In this document: positions 5,325-8,568 of the stretch, piece by piece
How the letters are laid out: every line of letters starts with the position of its first letter
Numbering within the stretch: the stretch's first letter is position 1
Source: Candidatus Wukongarchaeum yapensis
GTDB taxonomy: Archaea; Asgardarchaeota; Wukongarchaeia; Wukongarchaeales; Wukongarchaeaceae
Assembly: GCA_016840425.1 (NCBI GenBank)
Contig: JAEOSI010000084.1
Coordinates: 1-8,568 of the forward strand
Reading direction: 5' to 3'
DNA length: 8,568 nt
The notes under the pieces: model-generated
What the model was told of the DNA's origin: nothing
What the model saw: the letters and a program-made list of their open reading frames with translations, nothing else
Databases searched by the model: none
Position numbers and translations under genes: made by a program

Positions 5325-6250
5325 AAATTTTCCTTTTTCTTCCTCCCGAGGATTTCGTGTACTATTTCCTCAATAATACTCTCGACATTTCTTTCAACGC
5401 CGTCTTCAACCTCAATTTTAGTTGCAAGGCCCATGATGCAGACTTCTATCCAAATATCAATAGCCCTTGATTTATACTGGCGCATAATGCTTGCAATGTC
5501 TATTGCTCCCCTAACAGAGGCTCCTCTTCTTAAATCTGGATGATTACGTGTAGCCCGAGTGATAGCTACAGCATTACTTGTTACATCAGCATCCTTCATA
5601 CCTGACCTAAGCCAAACGATCTGTCTCTCTTCTGCTTCAGATTGATGCTCAAGTTTTACCCAAACGAAACGATCGCGAATAGCTTCACTTAAAGGAGAAA
5701 CTGCTACATATTCCCGCGGGTTCATAGTAGAGATGACGCAAAAATTAGGTCCGGCCCTAACCTTCCCGAGCTTGGGAATAATCATAAAACCTTCATCCAT
5801 AGCGCTCAACAAAGCATTCTGGGTACCTTCTGGTAAACGGTTAAGCTCGTTGATAAACAGAATTCCATCTTCCTTCATAGAACTCGTCAAGGGACCCGGG
5901 ATAAAACTGTCGTAGCAGAAACCTTTCTCAAGGACCAAAGGAGGTTCAAAGTGCCCTGTAAGTCTGGAAGAAGGGTATTGCTCATCTCCATCAATCCGGT
6001 ATAAAGGCTGCCTAAAGAACCCAGAAATGGCCAAAGCAAGCGTGGTCTTACCCACTCCAACATCTCCCTCCAGCAATATATGCTTACCAGAAAGCTTGGC
6101 CGCCAAACACCTCCTAATCTCAGCCTCCCGACCAATAATGCCAAACTTTCTCCGCAAAGCTTCGGTCAAAGGAAGTTCTTTAGATGACGCATCCTCAACT
6201 TCTTCAACTTTCATCTTCGAGTTTTTCTCTTTAGTCTTCGATTCGCCCAT
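5321..6250 (-). CDS. MoxR-family AAA+ ATPase
   Basis: Walker A GDVGVGKT, Walker B region ILFINELNR, followed by TQNALL, STMNP, A(I)RDRF and GASVRG motifs. Paired with a VWA gene. Confidence 0.9.
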   Translation of the reverse strand: MGESKTKEKNSKMKVEEVEDASSKELPLTEALRRKFGIIGREAEIRRCLAAKLSGKHILLEGDVGVGKTTLALAISGFFRQPLYRIDGDEQYPSSRLTGHFEPPLVLEKGFCYDSFIPGPLTSSMKEDGILFINELNRLPEGTQNALLSAMDEGFMIIPKLGKVRAGPNFCVISTMNPREYVAVSPLSEAIRDRFVWVKLEHQSEAEERQIVWLRSGMKDADVTSNAVAITRATRNHPDLRRGASVRGAIDIASIMRQYKSRAIDIWIEVCIMGLATKIEVEDGVERNVESIIEEIVHEILGRKKKENF

Positions 6251-6429
6251 AAAAACACCTAATTCAAGATTAGATCTTTTATCTTACGTACGCCCCATTT
6301 TTATTTATATCGGTATTTTTAAAAGATAAAATAATCCAACTTAACCCTCCCTGACAAAAAAGCGAGAAAAGAAAAAAGAAAAAAAAAGCAATATCTTGCT
6401 AAATTTAAAAACAGGGACTTTTACGAAAG

Positions 6430-6445
6430 AAAAAAAGGAAAAAAA
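6430..6445 (-). terminator. Oligo-U tracts downstream of tRNA-Trp (archaeal-type terminator)
   Basis: Two T7 runs on the minus strand (6445-6439 and 6436-6430), starting about 15 nt after the CCA end. Confidence 0.45.
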
Positions 6446-6459
6446 GGGCAGGTTTTTTG

Positions 6460-6588
6460 TGGTGGGGCCTGCGAGATTTGAACTCACGTGAGCGGGTACC
6501 TTCGTCGTATAAAAATCCTCTGGAGCCCGCCATGCTACCAAGTTGTGCCTAGCGGCTTGTTTTGCTGCTTTGTCTACATCAAGGCCCC
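6460..6588 (-). tRNA. tRNA-Trp(CCA), CCA-encoded, with two introns: 31 nt in the D-loop (about 15/16; 6543-6573) and 22 nt at the canonical 37/38 site (6498-6519)
   Basis: Acceptor GGGGCCU/AGGCCCC + ACCA, D-stem AUGU/GCAU, anticodon arm GCGGG-CU-CCA-GA-CCCGC after removing the 22 nt, T-arm GUGAG-UUCAAAU-CUCGC. Removing the 31 nt gives the standard GUAGCUUGGUAGCAU D-arm. Confidence 0.9.
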
Positions 6589-6597
6589 ATCGATGGC

Positions 6598-6652
6598 TCG
6601 AATCTCCTGAGACTGATCATCGTATATCACAGTACCCAATCCAGATCATCGC
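6598..6652 (-). ncRNA. Candidate box C/D guide sRNA in the 5' leader of tRNA-Trp
   Basis: GCGAUGA (C, 6652-6646) - 15 nt - GUGA (D', 6630-6627) - UAU - ACGAUGA (C', 6623-6617) - 15 nt - UCGA (D, 6601-6598). The architecture is symmetric and the guides pair with pre-tRNA-Trp at C39 and C34 by the +5 rule. The D boxes are non-canonical. Confidence 0.6.
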
Positions 6653-6671
6653 CAATTAGGACAAGATTTTG

Positions 6672-6679
6672 TTTATTTA
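6672..6679 (-). promoter_or_regulatory. Putative TATA box for the sRNA-tRNA-Trp co-transcript
   Basis: TAAATAAA on the minus strand, 20-27 nt upstream of the C box. No TATA-like element lies closer to the tRNA 5' end. Confidence 0.45.
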
Positions 6680-6868
6680 CCCTGCCTGTAACTAAAAAAG
6701 AAAGTTCTTAAAAAAACTTTACGGTTTAGTTAGACAAAAATGAACTAAACAACATCTATAAGGAGGCTTCACTAAAGCATTCATTATGGCATTAATTCTG
6801 AAAACGCTTATGAAAACATAAACTTAGGAAATAATGCTAATCATGCTCTTATTTGGTGGTTAAACCCT

Positions 6869-7156
6869 ATGTCTATTAATGTGAAGTTTTTTGCAATTTT
6901 TCGTGATCTTTTGGGCTTAAAAGAGTTACAATTAGAAGCGGGATCCAAAGAGAATCTAAAACTGATAGACCTTTTAGAGAGTTTGTTTCAAAGATTTGGG
7001 GAGGATTTTCGCTCCAAAATTTTAGAAAATGGAAATATTAGGCCAAAGGTAAATATAATGATTAATGGTAGAAACATAAAGTTTTTAGACGGGGTTAACT
7101 CTACCTTAAAAGATGGCGATATCGTAGCCATATTTCCCCCTGTTGCAGGAGGTTAA
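6869..7156 (+). CDS. MoaD/ThiS-family ubiquitin-like sulfur carrier (SAMP-like)
   Basis: 95 aa beta-grasp pattern VKFFAIFRDLLG...VNIMINGRNI...LKDGDIVAIFPPVAGG with a C-terminal Gly-Gly. Confidence 0.92.
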   Translation: MSINVKFFAIFRDLLGLKELQLEAGSKENLKLIDLLESLFQRFGEDFRSKILENGNIRPKVNIMINGRNIKFLDGVNSTLKDGDIVAIFPPVAGG

Positions 7157-7267
7157 ACTACACAATAATAAAAAAGCAAACCAAACTAAAATATTAAATT
7201 CTAACATTTAGTCCACATAAGATTAAAAAAGGAAGGAGAGGGCATTTTAAGGGCTTTTGTTTATATT

Positions 7268-7460
7268 TCCCACGAGGATGTACAAAATGTTTTCGGGTCC
7301 TAATGGATTTATTCCTGGTTTTAGGCAATCCAGTAATATGTTTATGCCGAGTTCTCTTCCACCGATCCATTTTCTCTCAGTTTCATCATCAAATCTTCGA
7401 GCTCTGAACTCGCCCTTGGATAAATCTGCTAATAAAAGAGTTAATACCAATAGTTTCCAT
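7268..7460 (-). pseudogene. N-terminal fragment of an aldehyde:ferredoxin oxidoreductase (AOR family), frameshifted and truncated
   Basis: ADLSKGEFRARRFDDETERKWIGGRELGINILLDCLKPGINPLGPENILYILVG matches the AOR N-terminus (VDLS.G....YIGGRGLG...PG.DPLSPEN). The ATG at 7460 is out of frame with this segment, and homology stops after about 65 codons. Confidence 0.8.
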
Positions 7461-7505
7461 TTACAAAAAGTCGCTAAGAAAGCTCAAATCCTTCAGGGTT
7501 GAGAT
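7461..7505 (+). other. IS605 left end: TTAC cleavage site, AAAG guide and imperfect hairpin
   Basis: TTAC|AAAAAGTCGCTAAG-AAAG-CTCAAATCC-TTCA-GGGTTGAG-AT. The layout and the TTAC/AAAG code match those established for the IS608 left end. Confidence 0.75.
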
Positions 7506-7550
7506 GAATTAGGGGAGGTGGGTGGGAGTATATATAAATTTGAGATATAT

Positions 7551-7564
7551 CAAAAAACTTATAT
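7551..7564 (+). promoter_or_regulatory. BRE/TATA-like promoter for a probably leaderless tnpA mRNA
   Basis: CAAAAAAC-TTATAT about 25-31 nt upstream of ATG 7589, with no SD motif before the ATG. Confidence 0.45.
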
Positions 7565-7588
7565 GCTATTTCGTTATATATTGTTTAT

Positions 7589-8002
7589 ATGAGGGTAGAG
7601 AATCCTATCAAACGATACAAATCAGGCAACCATTTGGTGTACAGTTGTCAGTATCATGTCATATTCTGTTCAAAGTATAGAAGATCAGTACTTGTAGGTG
7701 GTGTTGAAAAGAGACTTAAAGAGTTAATTCTTGAAAACCAGGAAGAATACGGTTATGAAGTGCTCGATATGGAGATTATGTCAGACCACGTTCATTTATT
7801 GCTGGATGTGAATCCAAAGATAGGTGTTTTTAGAGTTGTTAACAAGATTAAGGGATATACTTCCAGAAAACTCAGAGAGGAATTTCCAGCTCTGAGAAAG
7901 CGTCTTCCAACTTTGTGGACTCACTCGAAGTTTATATCCTCTGTCGGGGCTGTAACTCTTGAAGTTGTTAAAAAATACATTGAAGAGCAGAAGGGGAAAT
8001 AG
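7589..8002 (+). CDS. tnpA: IS200-type Y1 HUH transposase
   Basis: YSCQYHVIFCSKYRR, the HUH motif DHVHLL, LWTHSKFISSVG and the catalytic Y-x-x-x-Q (KKYIEEQ). Confidence 0.96.
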   Translation: MRVENPIKRYKSGNHLVYSCQYHVIFCSKYRRSVLVGGVEKRLKELILENQEEYGYEVLDMEIMSDHVHLLLDVNPKIGVFRVVNKIKGYTSRKLREEFPALRKRLPTLWTHSKFISSVGAVTLEVVKKYIEEQKGK

Positions 8003-8004
8003 AG

Positions 8005-8568
8005 ATGAAGAGGACCAACATCTTCAAGTTAAAACCAGCAAAGGAGCAGGAGCAAAGACTGTTCGAGTTAGCCGATAACTGTGCAAGGATGTTTAACGAG
8101 ATAAACTATAAGAGAAGACAGTCCTTTTTCTCGCGAAACTTCGAATGGAACACCGACGAATCCTACCACAAATACAAGAAGATTATAGGCTCTGCAACAG
8201 CCCAACAAGTAACAAGGAAGAACAACGAAGCTTGGAAGTCTTTCTTCGCTTTGTTAAGGTTGAAAAAAGAGGGAAAACTCCCAAGGCAGATAAGAAAGGT
8301 TTCTCCTCCAGGCTACTGGAAAGACAGGAAAACGGGGAAAAGGGTTTTAACCATTCTCATAAGGTGTAACTGTTATAAGCTTTCCGAGAACTATTTAAAA
8401 CTCCCCTTAGGACTAAAAGTTAGGTGGAAAGGAAAGAACAGGTGGGAAGGAAAAAAGCAGGGAAGGTTAGAGATAAGTTATGATGACCTCTCAAGGAGAT
8501 GGTATGCTTATATGCCGGTAGAGGTAGAAAAACCCCTACATCAACCAACAGGAGACAAGAAAAAGAAG
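8005..8568 (+). CDS. tnpB: TnpB RNA-guided nuclease (3'-partial; not in the supplied ORF track because it lacks a stop)
   Basis: ATG 2 nt after the tnpA stop. The frame is open to the window end: MKRTNIFKLKPAKEQEQRLFELADNCARMFNEINYKRRQSFF...SATAQQVTRKNNEAWKSFF...PPGYWKDRKTG...RWYAYMPVEV. It ends just before the expected RuvC-I (GIDLG-type) motif. Confidence 0.9.
   Translation, partial: MKRTNIFKLKPAKEQEQRLFELADNCARMFNEINYKRRQSFFSRNFEWNTDESYHKYKKIIGSATAQQVTRKNNEAWKSFFALLRLKKEGKLPRQIRKVSPPGYWKDRKTGKRVLTILIRCNCYKLSENYLKLPLGLKVRWKGKNRWEGKKQGRLEISYDDLSRRWYAYMPVEVEKPLHQPTGDKKKK

Larger units (their letters stand above)
7465..8568 (+). mobile_element. IS200/IS605-family element (IS605 group: tnpA + tnpB), right part beyond the window
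   Basis: Target TTAC (7461-7464), guide AAAG (7479-7482) and subterminal hairpin 7483-7503, followed by co-oriented tnpA and tnpB. Confidence 0.9.

Noticed and set aside
5011-6329. Small ORFs 5011-5205, 5285-5470, 5733-5915, 5887-6144 and 6027-6329
   Set aside because: They lie within or antisense to the VWA and MoxR genes and show no independent coding evidence.
6498-6519. Intron-encoded C/D guide as in euryarchaeal tRNA-Trp
   Set aside because: The intron is 22 nt and has no C or D boxes.
6341-6541. 66-aa ORF on the minus strand
   Set aside because: It overlaps tRNA-Trp and its oligo-U terminator; the Phe/Ser-rich tail is just the T-tracts.
7435-7460. A second BHB mRNA intron explaining the AOR frameshift
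   Set aside because: No bulge-helix-bulge geometry was found, and the gene is also truncated downstream, so ordinary decay is more likely.
7257-8369. ORFs 7257-7502 and 8145-8369
   Set aside because: The first is antisense to the AOR relic and runs into the IS left end. The second is an alternate frame inside tnpB.

Overview
Archaeal chromosomal window, AT-rich with Shine-Dalgarno motifs; a TACK/Asgard-type host is plausible but cannot be proven from this sequence. In order it holds: the 3' end of an STT3-like aglB, nop10, an IS200/IS605 right-end remnant, aIF2-alpha, rps27e, a Gins51-type GINS subunit, PCNA, an RPA14-like OB-fold gene, tRNA-Leu(CAG) with a D-loop intron, a VWA + MoxR AAA+ pair, tRNA-Trp(CCA) with two introns, a MoaD/SAMP ubiquitin-like gene, an AOR pseudogene fragment, and the left part of an IS605-type element (tnpA + tnpB). 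Main result: the aIF2-alpha gene is interrupted by a 30-nt insertion carrying an in-frame UGA. It folds into a bulge-helix-bulge (BHB) motif, and the canonical tRNA-splicing-endonuclease cut sites restore the conserved HISE|IASTWVRN sequence exactly, so it is a candidate mRNA intron in a translation-initiation factor. Second result: a candidate box C/D sRNA in the 5' leader of tRNA-Trp whose two guides obey the +5 rule for C34 and C39 of that same pre-tRNA. Third result: an orphan IS605 right end (possible TnpB omegaRNA scaffold) whose TCAC cleavage site supplies the aIF2-alpha stop codon.
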